A stretch of DNA of 64,000 nucleotides, from NCBI GenBank assembly GCA_035272245.1, contig DATEQW010000071.1, positions 42 through 64,041 of the forward strand, given 5' to 3'. Source of the DNA: Candidatus Sulfotelmatobacter sp. GTDB lineage: Bacteria; Acidobacteriota; Terriglobia; Terriglobales; Acidobacteriaceae. Below are positions 46,874 through 56,468 of the stretch, one piece after another (positions within the stretch are counted from its first letter, which is position 1; each line of letters starts with the position of its first letter). The notes below the pieces were generated by a model. The model did not search any database and was not told the origin of the DNA. It worked only from the letters and a program-made list of their open reading frames with translations. The position numbers were made by a program, and so were the translations under genes.

Positions 46874-49768
46874 ATGACGTTAAGAAATCTGCTTCGCGGA
46901 GCCGGCTTGGCGGCCGCTCTGGCCCTGACGAGCTTCGCTTCAGCACAAATTCTACCGACGGGTGCAACCATCACACCGGACGCGGCTCCTGGATCGGTGT
47001 TCGTACCTTTGACGACTTCTTTGCTAGATGTTCCGACCTTTACGCCAGATGGTGCCGAGACCACTGCCATTAGCCCGGACGGCAAAACTTTGCTGATCCT
47101 CACCAGCGGCTACAACCTGAATGAAGACGCGAGCGGCAACTTTCCCGGGGCGGATTCCGGTGAGTTCGTTTTCGTGTATGACATTTCCACGCCCAGTGCG
47201 CCGGCGCAGAAGCAGGTAGTCCAGATGTTGAACTTTGACACCACCTTCGACGGCATCGTGTGGGCGCCGAGCGGTTCGGCGTTTTACGTCGGCGGAGGAG
47301 CCGAAGACAATGTTCACACGTTCACGCTACAGAGCGGTGCGTGGACCGAATTCGGAACGCCGATTAACCTCGGTCATAACTGCGATCTGATGTGCGAGGA
47401 GACCGAAACCGGCCCGACGGCAGCTATCCTCGGCATCACTGCCGACGGCAATACTCTGTTCGTGGCAAACCACGAAACCGACTCCATCACAGCACTGGAC
47501 CTGGTTCACGGCGTGGTTCTGCAGGAGTATGATCTCCGTCCCGGCCTCATTAATATTGCGCAAACCGGCGTCCCGGGTGGAGAGTTCCCCTACGGAATCG
47601 CCGTCGCCGGCAGCAGCACCGTTTATGTCTCCAGCGTTCGCGACCGCGAAATCGATGTGCTGAATTTTGTCGACGGTGCGCTGAAGCTCACGACCCGCAT
47701 TCCCGTTGCCGGCAACCCGGAACGGATGGTTCTCAATGCGGCTCAAACCGAGTTGTTCGTCGTGGCAGCCAACTCTGACGAGTTGATCATCATTAACACC
47801 GCGACCAACAAGGTGCAGAGCCAGGTCAACGCCAGCGCTCCGGCAGATGTTCTGGGCAGCGGCAAGACGGTGCCTAAGGGCGCCAATCCCAACAGCATTA
47901 CGCTTTCGCCCGATGAGACTACCGCCTACGTTACCGACGGCGGCACCAACGCTGTGGCCGTCATCAGCCTCACGGGAAAGACGCCTGTAGTTCTTGGCCT
48001 CATCCCCACTGGCTGGTACCCCAATTCTGTGAGCATCAGTCCGGATGGCTCCACTCTGTACGTGGTGAACGGCAAGAGCGTAGAGGCCGCGAACCCGGAG
48101 AACTGCCGCAACATCTTTAACAGTCCTGCCGGCAGTCCTTTCGGCTTCGGCTCGGCGTGTCAAACCGCATTTTCGCAGGACGGCGCGGGCAACCAGTATG
48201 CGTGGCAGAACGAGTCCTCGGGATTCCTCACGCTACCCGTTCCCAACGCCGTTCAGTTGGCTGGGCTTACCGGTCAAGTCGCGCAAAACAACGGCTTCAA
48301 CTTCCAGTTGAGCGCCAATGACATTGCGACCATGACCTTCCTGCGCGAGCATATTCAGCACGTCATCTACATCGTCAAGGAGAATCGCACCTTTGATCAG
48401 ATTCTCGGCGACCTGACCAACGGAGCCAACGCGGATCCCGCCTACACCCAATTTCCGGCCGCAGTCACTCCCAACTTCCACAACTTCGCCAACAACTTCG
48501 TGACCTTCGACAACTTCGACGATTCGTCGATGGTCAGTATGGACGGCTGGCAGTGGTCGCTCGCGGCACGCGCTCTTGATATCAACGAGAAGTGCGTGAA
48601 GGTCAACTACGGTAAGGGCGGCTGCCAGTACGACAGCGAAGGCACCGCGCGCAACATTAACGTTGCCATCACCGGGGTCGCCGCTCGCCAGGTGGAACAA
48701 CCTCTTTATCCACCCGACCCAAACCTGCTGCCCGGCAACGCCAACGAAGTCGAAGCGGACGGTCCCGACGGCGAACAGGGCGGGGGGTATCTCTGGGATG
48801 CCGCGCTCAAAGGTCATCTCACCGTTCGCAACTACGGGTTTTACACCGACCTGGGCGCTTTGGATGTGCGCGAAGCCCTCGGGGAAATCAGTCCTACTCT
48901 GGCCTATCCTTGCGCCACAAAGCCCGCAACCCAGGTTGAGTGGCCGGCAAAGAAGGAACTGCTCACGCGCACCGACCTCTGCTTCTGGCCCTTCGATCAG
49001 AGCTACCCGGATTTCTTCCGCTACGCGGAATGGGCGCGGGAGTTCGACCTGCAGGTTAAGCACAACGACATGCCCAGTCTGACCTTGCTGCGATACGATC
49101 ACGACCACTTCGGTAGCTTCGGCAGCGCCAGTTTCGGCGTGAACACGCCGGAACTTCAAATGGCCGACGATGACTACGCGGTAGGATTGACGGCCGATAA
49201 GATCGCCCACAGTCCTTACGCCAACAACACACTCATCTTTGTGATTGAAGATGATCCGCAGGATGGCGCCGACCACGTCAGCGGAGACCGTAGTCTCGCG
49301 TTCATCGTCGGACCTTATGTGAAGCAGGGCGCGGTTGTCTCCGATCCCTACTCCACGGTCACCATGCTCCGGACCATCGAACAAGTCCTCGGCCTGCCCG
49401 CACTGGGCGTGCACGATGCGGGTGTTCCGCCCATGACGGACGCCTTCAACATCTCTCAAGCTAGCTGGACCTATTCCGCGATACCGTCCGCTTACCTCTA
49501 CAACACCTCGCTTCCGATTCTGAATAAGTTCGTCGTCAATCGCGCAAACGTGCCTCAACCTACGCACAACGCAGCCTGGTGGGAGGCGCAAACCAAGGGT
49601 ATGGACTTCAGCGATGCAGACCGCAATGATCCGGAGACGTTCAACCGGATTATTTGGAAAGGGATGATGGGGAACAAGCCCTATCCGGCGAAGCGCACCG
49701 GCGGAACTCCACAACCCGAAACCAAAGGGGCAGCCAAGGCCGCGTCTTCACATCGGGACGACGACTAG
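46874..49768 (+). CDS. Secreted beta-propeller (YncE-like) / phosphoesterase-family fusion protein, paralog of 27405-30518
   Basis: TAGGAGGATCAGCCT precedes the ATG. Signal peptide ...SFASAQ. Propeller strands (LFVANHETDSITALDL, VYVSSVRDREIDVLNF, AYVTDGGTNAVAVISL). IQHVIYIVKENRTFDQILGD and IEDDPQDGADHVSGDRS. The protein ends in HRDDD. Confidence 0.85.
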   Translation: MTLRNLLRGAGLAAALALTSFASAQILPTGATITPDAAPGSVFVPLTTSLLDVPTFTPDGAETTAISPDGKTLLILTSGYNLNEDASGNFPGADSGEFVFVYDISTPSAPAQKQVVQMLNFDTTFDGIVWAPSGSAFYVGGGAEDNVHTFTLQSGAWTEFGTPINLGHNCDLMCEETETGPTAAILGITADGNTLFVANHETDSITALDLVHGVVLQEYDLRPGLINIAQTGVPGGEFPYGIAVAGSSTVYVSSVRDREIDVLNFVDGALKLTTRIPVAGNPERMVLNAAQTELFVVAANSDELIIINTATNKVQSQVNASAPADVLGSGKTVPKGANPNSITLSPDETTAYVTDGGTNAVAVISLTGKTPVVLGLIPTGWYPNSVSISPDGSTLYVVNGKSVEAANPENCRNIFNSPAGSPFGFGSACQTAFSQDGAGNQYAWQNESSGFLTLPVPNAVQLAGLTGQVAQNNGFNFQLSANDIATMTFLREHIQHVIYIVKENRTFDQILGDLTNGANADPAYTQFPAAVTPNFHNFANNFVTFDNFDDSSMVSMDGWQWSLAARALDINEKCVKVNYGKGGCQYDSEGTARNINVAITGVAARQVEQPLYPPDPNLLPGNANEVEADGPDGEQGGGYLWDAALKGHLTVRNYGFYTDLGALDVREALGEISPTLAYPCATKPATQVEWPAKKELLTRTDLCFWPFDQSYPDFFRYAEWAREFDLQVKHNDMPSLTLLRYDHDHFGSFGSASFGVNTPELQMADDDYAVGLTADKIAHSPYANNTLIFVIEDDPQDGADHVSGDRSLAFIVGPYVKQGAVVSDPYSTVTMLRTIEQVLGLPALGVHDAGVPPMTDAFNISQASWTYSAIPSAYLYNTSLPILNKFVVNRANVPQPTHNAAWWEAQTKGMDFSDADRNDPETFNRIIWKGMMGNKPYPAKRTGGTPQPETKGAAKAASSHRDDD

Positions 49769-49804
49769 GTCAAAACCAGCAAAACGTAAGAATCAAGAAA
49801 CCAA

Positions 49805-49833
49805 AGAGGCCCGAAAGTTCGGGCCTCTTTTTT
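49805..49833 (+). terminator. Rho-independent terminator
   Basis: Stem AGAGGCCC/GGGCCTCT with loop GAAAGTTC, followed by TTTTT. It lies 37 nt after the stop. Confidence 0.8.
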
Positions 49834-49964
49834 GATAGCCCTGCAAAATAACGAGCCTTGACCACAACTCCACCGATGGCCTCGACCTTACGTCTGCTAA
49901 TCGTGGCACAATACGCGCGTCTCCGTCAGCGCAAGCGTCCCGCCGTTCATCACGCGCCTCGAGA

Positions 49965-50384
49965 TTATGTGTCCATCCGTTCGACCCATTGAGCGCGCCA
50001 TGCGGGAGCCACGAATGGATCCGCAAAGTATTGTGTTTCCCGCGCAACCTTGTCGCCACTGAACTCCATGATGCTCACGGTGTAGGACGGCTTGCCGTCA
50101 TATGTCAGGACGAATTCGGTCACCCAAAGATCACCGCTACCGATGATTCGTCGGACAGTAAACCGCTTTTTGCTCGGCTGACTGGCGCGTTGGTTCTGTA
50201 TGTTGCATCGACCGCGGGTTCGCTCGCCTGACTGCGGGTACTCCAGCACCGCGTCCTCGTGATAGATGCGGTGCTCTGTTTCAAAATCGTTGGCATCGGA
50301 CGCCGCCCAGTGCTGATCCAGTGCCGCACGGATCTCTTGATCTCGCACAGCAGAATACTGTCCCTTCTTTTGTTGATCGTTCAT
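49965..50384 (-). CDS. NTF2-like / SnoaL-type small protein
   Basis: 139 aa. The pattern ALDQHWAASDANDFETEHRIYHEDAVLEYPQSGER...WVTEFVLTYDGKP...IMEFSGDKVARETQYF is typical of SnoaL-like cone folds. Confidence 0.65.
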   Translation of the reverse strand: MNDQQKKGQYSAVRDQEIRAALDQHWAASDANDFETEHRIYHEDAVLEYPQSGERTRGRCNIQNQRASQPSKKRFTVRRIIGSGDLWVTEFVLTYDGKPSYTVSIMEFSGDKVARETQYFADPFVAPAWRAQWVERMDT

Positions 50385-50932
50385 CTTGAGCCTCCAATTT
50401 GACCGAGCCTAGATGCTTCAGTGGAATCGGAGTGTGCCACTCCTCAAGTCGCGCTGTTTCTTCGATCACCCCGAGTCCACATCGCGTCGGAGCGTCTAAC
50501 TCCTGCGTGGCTCCAGCGCATTACGACTGGGGCCCGAACGCCGGCCATGGCCAAAAGACGCCGGCCAAGACAACCCACCTCAACCGTGCCCTATAAGATT
50601 CTGCCGCCTGTCGTAGATTCCGTAAAGCAGGTCGTGAGTTCGCGCCTGAAACTGTTCAATGCTCAACGGACGTCTGACGAAATTCAGTTATCAGCTTGAA
50701 GACGAGCGGCCCACTTTCCGCCTTTTGGAGGACGAATGAGAAAGATTCGCAGTCTGAATCGGCAAGTCGGGGGTAACTGCGGCACACGCAGTTCGATTTT
50801 TAGTTTGGCCAAGACCAATGCCGGCGTCGGACATCAGAACGACCATGAGCGTTACGGCGTGTCCTGTAGTGCGGCTGCAGACCGTTAGTAACGACAGAAC
50901 AATACAGAAGCGGCCACCCAGATTGTCCGAGC

Positions 50933-50964
50933 AAGAAAGCCCCGCTCTTACGAGCGGGGCTTTC
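50933..50964 (-). terminator. Rho-independent, potentially bidirectional terminator
   Basis: Stem GCCCCGCTC/GAGCGGGGC with loop TTAC, flanked by AAGAAA and TTTC. It lies 38 nt downstream of the DUF3300 gene stop. Confidence 0.7.
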
Positions 50965-51001
50965 GAGTTGGACTGGAACGGGTGACGACTATACGGAACA
51001 C

Positions 51002-52243
51002 TTAGCGCTTGCCGCCGTGTCCGCCGCCGCTGTGACCTCCACCGCCGCCGTGTCCAGCGCTGGCATGTCCGCCGCCGGAATATCCGCGGTTGCCTGCGTA
51101 TGCTCGGTTACCTCCAGCGCTCCGGTTAACGGCTGCGCCGCGATTGCTGCCGGCGAGGCCGTGGGAAGCCCCCGCGTAGCCTCGCGATGCGCCCGCATTC
51201 GAGTGCGTTCCGAATGCGCCATGCGCGGAAGAGAAGCCTCGGTAAGAAGAGAATCCTCGATAATTTCCGTGCACGAATGCGGCGTGGTTATAAAATGCTC
51301 CGCCGCGGAAGGCATAAGGATGGCCGCCGTAGAAGATTCCACCGTGGAAGCCCCAGCCGATGCCCCATCCATGCCATCCCCAGCCGAAGCCGAAGAACGG
51401 CGCGATTGGAAAACCAAAGCCAAACGAAATGTACGGGCCGCCAAATCCCCACCACGGATAGAACCCAGGCCACAGGCCTACGGGATATCCGTACACATAC
51501 GCCGGGTTGTAAGCGGGCACGTACACCACATCCGGATTAACCGGCTGGATGTCTACATTCGGCCCCTGTTCGTACACGCGCTCTTGAGGCGTACTCCGCA
51601 GATTGCCCGCGTCGTAAGCTTTGTGACGCATGTACTGGATCGCCTGCATCACGTCATCCGGCTGGTTATGATAGGCTTCGCCCAGCTCAGAGGTCCACGA
51701 CAAATCCCTGTCCAGGTTCGCCAGCACTGTGGGAAACTCCACGAGAGACTTCACGCTCGGATCCCAATCCTGCCGGTCCACTTCCTCGGCCAGATCTTGT
51801 CCCTTCAGCGCCGGGTTATCCCGGACCATCCGGTCCGCCACTACAATCTGCGTCGGATACGCTGAAGCGGCCAGTATCTGCGCCACGAGCGCATCGGGAT
51901 ACAACGCAATCGGAGCTACCAGCTTATTCAACTGCTCCGGAGGCAACGATGTGTACTGCCGTTGATCCGGCCCCGTTGGAGGCGGAGGCGCCTGCGCCTG
52001 GCCTTGATATACATCTTGATCTTGCGGCGGTGGAGGCGCGACATCCTGAGGTGCGCTCTGGTCCGGTGCATTGTATTGCGGAGCGGTCTGCTCTGGCGGA
52101 GGTCCTTGATCCACCTGCGCGCTTACACCCGCTGAGGGCTTGTCCATCGACTGGTCCTGCCCCCGCAAAGAAGCACCAGCCCCGAGCGCCATTGCGCCCG
52201 TCAACAGCGCGGTAAGAATCGTTCTAGATAATTTGCTTTTCAT
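51002..52243 (-). CDS. DUF3300-family secreted protein with Gly/His-rich C-terminal tail
   Basis: Signal peptide MKSKLSRTILTALLTGAMALGAGA. DUF3300 signature LVAPIALYPDALVAQILAASAYPTQIV. Tail ...GGGHASAGHGGGGGHSGGGHGGKR. Confidence 0.8.
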   Translation of the reverse strand: MKSKLSRTILTALLTGAMALGAGASLRGQDQSMDKPSAGVSAQVDQGPPPEQTAPQYNAPDQSAPQDVAPPPPQDQDVYQGQAQAPPPPTGPDQRQYTSLPPEQLNKLVAPIALYPDALVAQILAASAYPTQIVVADRMVRDNPALKGQDLAEEVDRQDWDPSVKSLVEFPTVLANLDRDLSWTSELGEAYHNQPDDVMQAIQYMRHKAYDAGNLRSTPQERVYEQGPNVDIQPVNPDVVYVPAYNPAYVYGYPVGLWPGFYPWWGFGGPYISFGFGFPIAPFFGFGWGWHGWGIGWGFHGGIFYGGHPYAFRGGAFYNHAAFVHGNYRGFSSYRGFSSAHGAFGTHSNAGASRGYAGASHGLAGSNRGAAVNRSAGGNRAYAGNRGYSGGGHASAGHGGGGGHSGGGHGGKR

Positions 52244-52539
52244 AATGTCCCCCAGAATTCCTGTTACTAGGTTGAACACTGGGAATGGGGAAGAGTTCCG
52301 TTATTTTGATTGACTTACAGCGGTTGATTTCAGCCAGGGGCGGTGGATTTCGCGCGATAAACACGCTTGCGACGAGAGAGGAGAAACGGTAGTTTTTCCG
52401 ACCTACGGTAGCTGCGAGCGTTTCCCCGGATGTTGAGCACGCATTATTTGGAAGGCAGCACGCTGTTCCGCAACTTGCATTCGCGCTGAGTCGTGTGACT
52501 TAATCGGGAAGGAAACTGAAGCGCAGTTGTCGCTCTGCT

Positions 52540-53568
52540 TTAGGCTTCCACGGTCACGGTGGACCTCTGTTCGATCTTGGAGGCAATGCTGGCCACTCGC
52601 CGATACGACTCGATCCTGTCGGTATGCTCGTAGGTGTCAGTCACGACGATCACTTCATCGGCAGCCGTATCAACCACCAACTTCTCCAACCCCGCCTTCA
52701 CCGTCACATTCGATCCTACAATCGCTGCTCCCAGTTTGTTCTCCACGGCCGCCCGCTCCCAGTCCTGCCAAAGCGGTTCCATAGAATTGACAGGGGGCAA
52801 CAGCTCGACTGGCTGGTTTCGAATGAGTCGCAGAAAGCGCTGCTGGGGTGTCGTGAATAACCGCTTCGCCGCTGTGTCTGTCTCCGCCGCAATCACCTGC
52901 ACCGCTACCATAAAGTACGGCGCCGGAAGTACTTTGCTTGGCTTGAACTCATCTCGGTATAGCTGAGCTGCCGCGTATAGGTGCTCAGGAGCAAAGTGGG
53001 CTGCAAACGCAAACGGCAAGCCCAGCATCCCCGCTAGTTGCGCGCTGAAGCCGCTCGACCCCAGCAAGGTGATCGGCACATTGCTCCCCTGTCCGGGAAT
53101 TGCTCTCACTGTTTGCCCCGGCCGCTCCGGGCCCAGATAGGTTTGCAATTCCGCAAGGAGTGCCGGAAAATCATCGCCACTCTGCCGCAAATCCCTTCGC
53201 AACGCCCGCATCGTTTGAAAGTCACCGCCCGGAGCGCGTCCTAGCCCTAAATCAATTCGACCTGGGTACAGAGCTTCCAGCGTCCCGAATTGTTCCGCCA
53301 CCACTAGCGGTGCGTGGTTTGGCAGCATCACGCCACCACTGCCCACTCGAATCGTCTTTGTCGCCGCCGCCACATGCCCAATCAGCACCGGTGTAGCTGA
53401 GCAAGCCAGTCCAGGAATCGAGTGATGTTCCGCCAGCCAATAGCGCTTGTATCCCCACTGTTCCACGTGCTGCGCCAGGTTCACCGATCGGGCAATTGCA
53501 CTACCCGCAAGCTCCCCGGCTCGCATGCCTACAAGATCCAGTACGGAAACAGCCAACCCGTTATCCAT
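52540..53568 (-). CDS. LLM-class (luciferase-like) flavin-dependent oxidoreductase
   Basis: [10 protein letters not shown] and [41 protein letters not shown]. The conserved domain begins at [12 protein letters not shown] (ATG at 53568). The ORF extension to 53766 is unsupported. Confidence 0.85.
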   Translation of the reverse strand: MDNGLAVSVLDLVGMRAGELAGSAIARSVNLAQHVEQWGYKRYWLAEHHSIPGLACSATPVLIGHVAAATKTIRVGSGGVMLPNHAPLVVAEQFGTLEALYPGRIDLGLGRAPGGDFQTMRALRRDLRQSGDDFPALLAELQTYLGPERPGQTVRAIPGQGSNVPITLLGSSGFSAQLAGMLGLPFAFAAHFAPEHLYAAAQLYRDEFKPSKVLPAPYFMVAVQVIAAETDTAAKRLFTTPQQRFLRLIRNQPVELLPPVNSMEPLWQDWERAAVENKLGAAIVGSNVTVKAGLEKLVVDTAADEVIVVTDTYEHTDRIESYRRVASIASKIEQRSTVTVEA

Positions 53569-53843
53569 GCCCTTTAGATGAGTCACATGCGAAAGCGATG
53601 CGGACGTTGTTTGGTGGCTCACAGAACAGAAGCTTGGGTATGGGCGAGGGGGCAACTGCACGCGCTGCCAGCGGGCGCGAAATTGCTGCGGCATGACTAC
53701 CTGCTTGGCGCCCAGTCTAGCCTCATGAATCTCTCTGCCGAGCTTGGTCACAAAAAGGGCAGACAAACTGCTCTACGAACTGCCCCAGCTTTTTCGTACC
53801 CACTCCCATGGGCTCCTCCACATCGACTTAACGAGCCAAGGAT

Positions 53844-54332
53844 TTATTTCTTGCTAGGGTCGTCTGCGGGATTGACATAGTTAAACTGCAAGGGCGCGCT
53901 ACCGTGGACCTGCACGATGACTTGGCCGGAAGCCATCGCGTAGTGATGCATGTCGGGATCCAGATAGGCGAAGCTGCCGGCCGGGAATGATCCCATCTTG
54001 TCCTGGTCGAAGGTGTCTCCCATACCGACCTTGAACGTCCCGGAGATGACCGTGACGTTTTCGCGCTGCGGATGCCAGCGGGGTGCAATCCGATAACCGT
54101 CTGGCATTTTCAGGCGCACGGTGTAGTCACCGGTGGCAGCTGCGGGGTTGCCTTCGAGTACGGCGAGCTGCGCACCCGGGGCGACGAAAGGCGGTGGCGG
54201 ACCCCACGAAATTGCGTCCGGGGTGAATGCGTTCTTGTCATGGGCGCCGGGGTGTGCAGCAATCGTGACCAGGTGGCCTGCAACGCACAGCGTCCCAACG
54301 ATCACCAGGGCGATGGACAGCTTTCTTTTCAT
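53844..54332 (-). CDS. Secreted cupin-fold protein
   Basis: GGAGGAGACTCGC precedes the ATG at 54332. Signal peptide MKRKLSIALVIVGTLCVAG. Cupin-like WHPQRENVTVISGTF...PAGSFAYLDPDMHHYA. Confidence 0.65.
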   Translation of the reverse strand: MKRKLSIALVIVGTLCVAGHLVTIAAHPGAHDKNAFTPDAISWGPPPPFVAPGAQLAVLEGNPAAATGDYTVRLKMPDGYRIAPRWHPQRENVTVISGTFKVGMGDTFDQDKMGSFPAGSFAYLDPDMHHYAMASGQVIVQVHGSAPLQFNYVNPADDPSKK

Positions 54333-54476
54333 GCGAGTCTCCTCCGAGATTCTTGATGGGGCATGATCTCGTAAGATAGAGGGCATTGCAATGCCGCCGA
54401 TATAGCCTTTGGATATCTTCTTTATATCGTTGCAAGTTGTTGATTTTTATCGGATCATGTTGGGCCAGAACTCTCC

Positions 54477-56285
54477 ATGGGGCGTGCAAAACAGAGTACA
54501 GGCGACGTCGAAGTCGACTTGGGACGCTACGAACTGCGGCGATCCGGACGTCGGATCAGGCTCGAGAAGAAGCCCATGGAGTTGCTGATCTTTCTGCTCG
54601 AACGCCGTGAGCAGATGGTATCGCGCGAGGAGATCGTGAAACGCCTGTGGCGCTCCGATCTGTTTATCGATACCGAAAAAAACGTCAACAACATTGTACG
54701 CAAGCTTCGCACCGCGCTGGGTGATAACGCGGACCGGCCCAGGTTTCTTGAGACGGTAGTCGGAAAGGGATATCGGTTCGTCGGCCAGGTCCGCGTGATT
54801 GATGCGAGATATCCGCCCTCCGATCCTGCACGAAACTCCGTCCGCACCGACTTCCGGAAGAATGGGAGCGACTTGGGTGAGCGGCCTTCCATCGCTGTGC
54901 TGCCGCTGTTGTTGCTGGAGAAAGCGACGGACGACCGAGGCTTGTGTCTCGGGTTTGCGGATGCACTCGTCTCGCTCCTCGGCAATCTCTCAGGCGTTGA
55001 CGTGCTGCCCACTTCGGCAGTCTTGAACTTGCCTCTTGAACTGACGCCTTCGGAGATCGCTTCTCGGCTGGGAGTGCGATTCGTTATCCACGGCGCCATT
55101 CAGATGTCAAAAGGGCAGTGGCGTCTCTCGCTGGAAATGTTTGACACCTGCCTGCAACGTCCCTGCTTTACGAAGAAGTGCGATATCGACATGGATCGCC
55201 TTGCAAGTCTCGTAGGCGATATTGCGAAGCAAATCACCCGCGCGCTGCACCGGCCGTATAGTCCGATGACGGTCGAGCAATGCCCACGCTATAGCAGGGA
55301 TCCGATGGCCTATGCGGAATTCATGCGCGGCTATCGGATCACGGTGTCCGGCGATGCGTCCATGATGGATCAAGCCAGCCATCATCTCACCAATGCGGTG
55401 ACTCGCGATCCCGCGTTTGCCCTGGCTCACGCAACCCTCTCATTCGCATGCACGACGCGCCATTTCGAATTCGATCCAGCCAGCGTGTGGCTGGAGAAGG
55501 CTGAATTCCACTGCCGGCGAGCGCTCGAGATTGACGCGAATCTTCCCGAAGGACACGTCGCCCGCGCCTTTCTGCTTTGGGGACCCTCGAAGAATTTTCA
55601 GCATCTGGAGGCGATTGCAGATCTCAAACGCGCTCTGGCCCTGCAGAACAACCTGCCTCATGCTTACAATCGCCTGGGCACCGTCTTGGCACACGTCGGT
55701 CTGCTCGATCACGCGCGCGAGATGTTTGAAAGAGGACGGCCCTTTCAACCCCGAAAAGCGGTCAGCCCGAGCATCGTGCAAGTTTATGTTTGGGGCCAGG
55801 AATACGACCTGGCGCGCCAGCAGATTCAGATCTGGCGGGCGGAGAGTCCCGGCAACAAGTACCCCCTCTATTTTGCTCCCTATCCAGCAATGATGACCGG
55901 GGATTGGAAAGAGGCGAATCGCCTGATGGAGGAAGCACTGCAGCTTGTTCCGAACGAACCCCTCCTCGTCAGCCTACAGGGCCTGCTGCACGCAATGATG
56001 GGGAATCAAGACGCGGCAATCGAGTGTGTGACCAGGGCCTGTTCGAGTCCAAAATCCTTTGGGCATGCGCATCATACGTATTATCAGATTGCCGGCACGC
56101 TGGCCCTGACCGGAAGGCGCGAAACCGCCTTTGAGTGGCTGGAGCGAAGCGTCAGCACCGGATTTGCCTGTTGGCCTTACTTCCTGAAAGATCCCAGCCT
56201 TGCGAGTTTGCGAGGTCTTCCGGAGTTCGAACTTCTGATCAGCGCGTTGCAGGCCAAGTACCCGGATCATCTGGGGCTGCTGTAG
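54477..56285 (+). CDS. CadC/OmpR-type winged-helix transcriptional regulator fused to TolB-N-like and TPR domains
   Basis: YELRRSGRRIRLEKKPMELLIFLLERREQMVSREEIVKRLW...VVGKGYRF (Trans_reg_C), then SIAVLPLLLLEKATDD and TPR-like helices. Confidence 0.8.
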   Translation: MGRAKQSTGDVEVDLGRYELRRSGRRIRLEKKPMELLIFLLERREQMVSREEIVKRLWRSDLFIDTEKNVNNIVRKLRTALGDNADRPRFLETVVGKGYRFVGQVRVIDARYPPSDPARNSVRTDFRKNGSDLGERPSIAVLPLLLLEKATDDRGLCLGFADALVSLLGNLSGVDVLPTSAVLNLPLELTPSEIASRLGVRFVIHGAIQMSKGQWRLSLEMFDTCLQRPCFTKKCDIDMDRLASLVGDIAKQITRALHRPYSPMTVEQCPRYSRDPMAYAEFMRGYRITVSGDASMMDQASHHLTNAVTRDPAFALAHATLSFACTTRHFEFDPASVWLEKAEFHCRRALEIDANLPEGHVARAFLLWGPSKNFQHLEAIADLKRALALQNNLPHAYNRLGTVLAHVGLLDHAREMFERGRPFQPRKAVSPSIVQVYVWGQEYDLARQQIQIWRAESPGNKYPLYFAPYPAMMTGDWKEANRLMEEALQLVPNEPLLVSLQGLLHAMMGNQDAAIECVTRACSSPKSFGHAHHTYYQIAGTLALTGRRETAFEWLERSVSTGFACWPYFLKDPSLASLRGLPEFELLISALQAKYPDHLGLL

Positions 56286-56468
56286 GGAAACAACATCAAG
56301 TGCACTTCCCCCAGAATCCGAAATCGGTCAGGTCCGGGTTCTGAGCGCTAAGTTGAACGCAACTGTCAAGATCTCTGTTTCGGTATTATTGAGTCCGCCA
56401 GAATCCATGTTCTTGACGGAACGCGCGGCTGAAGGCGCACGTTTTCAAGAAAACAAATCTCAACTTTC

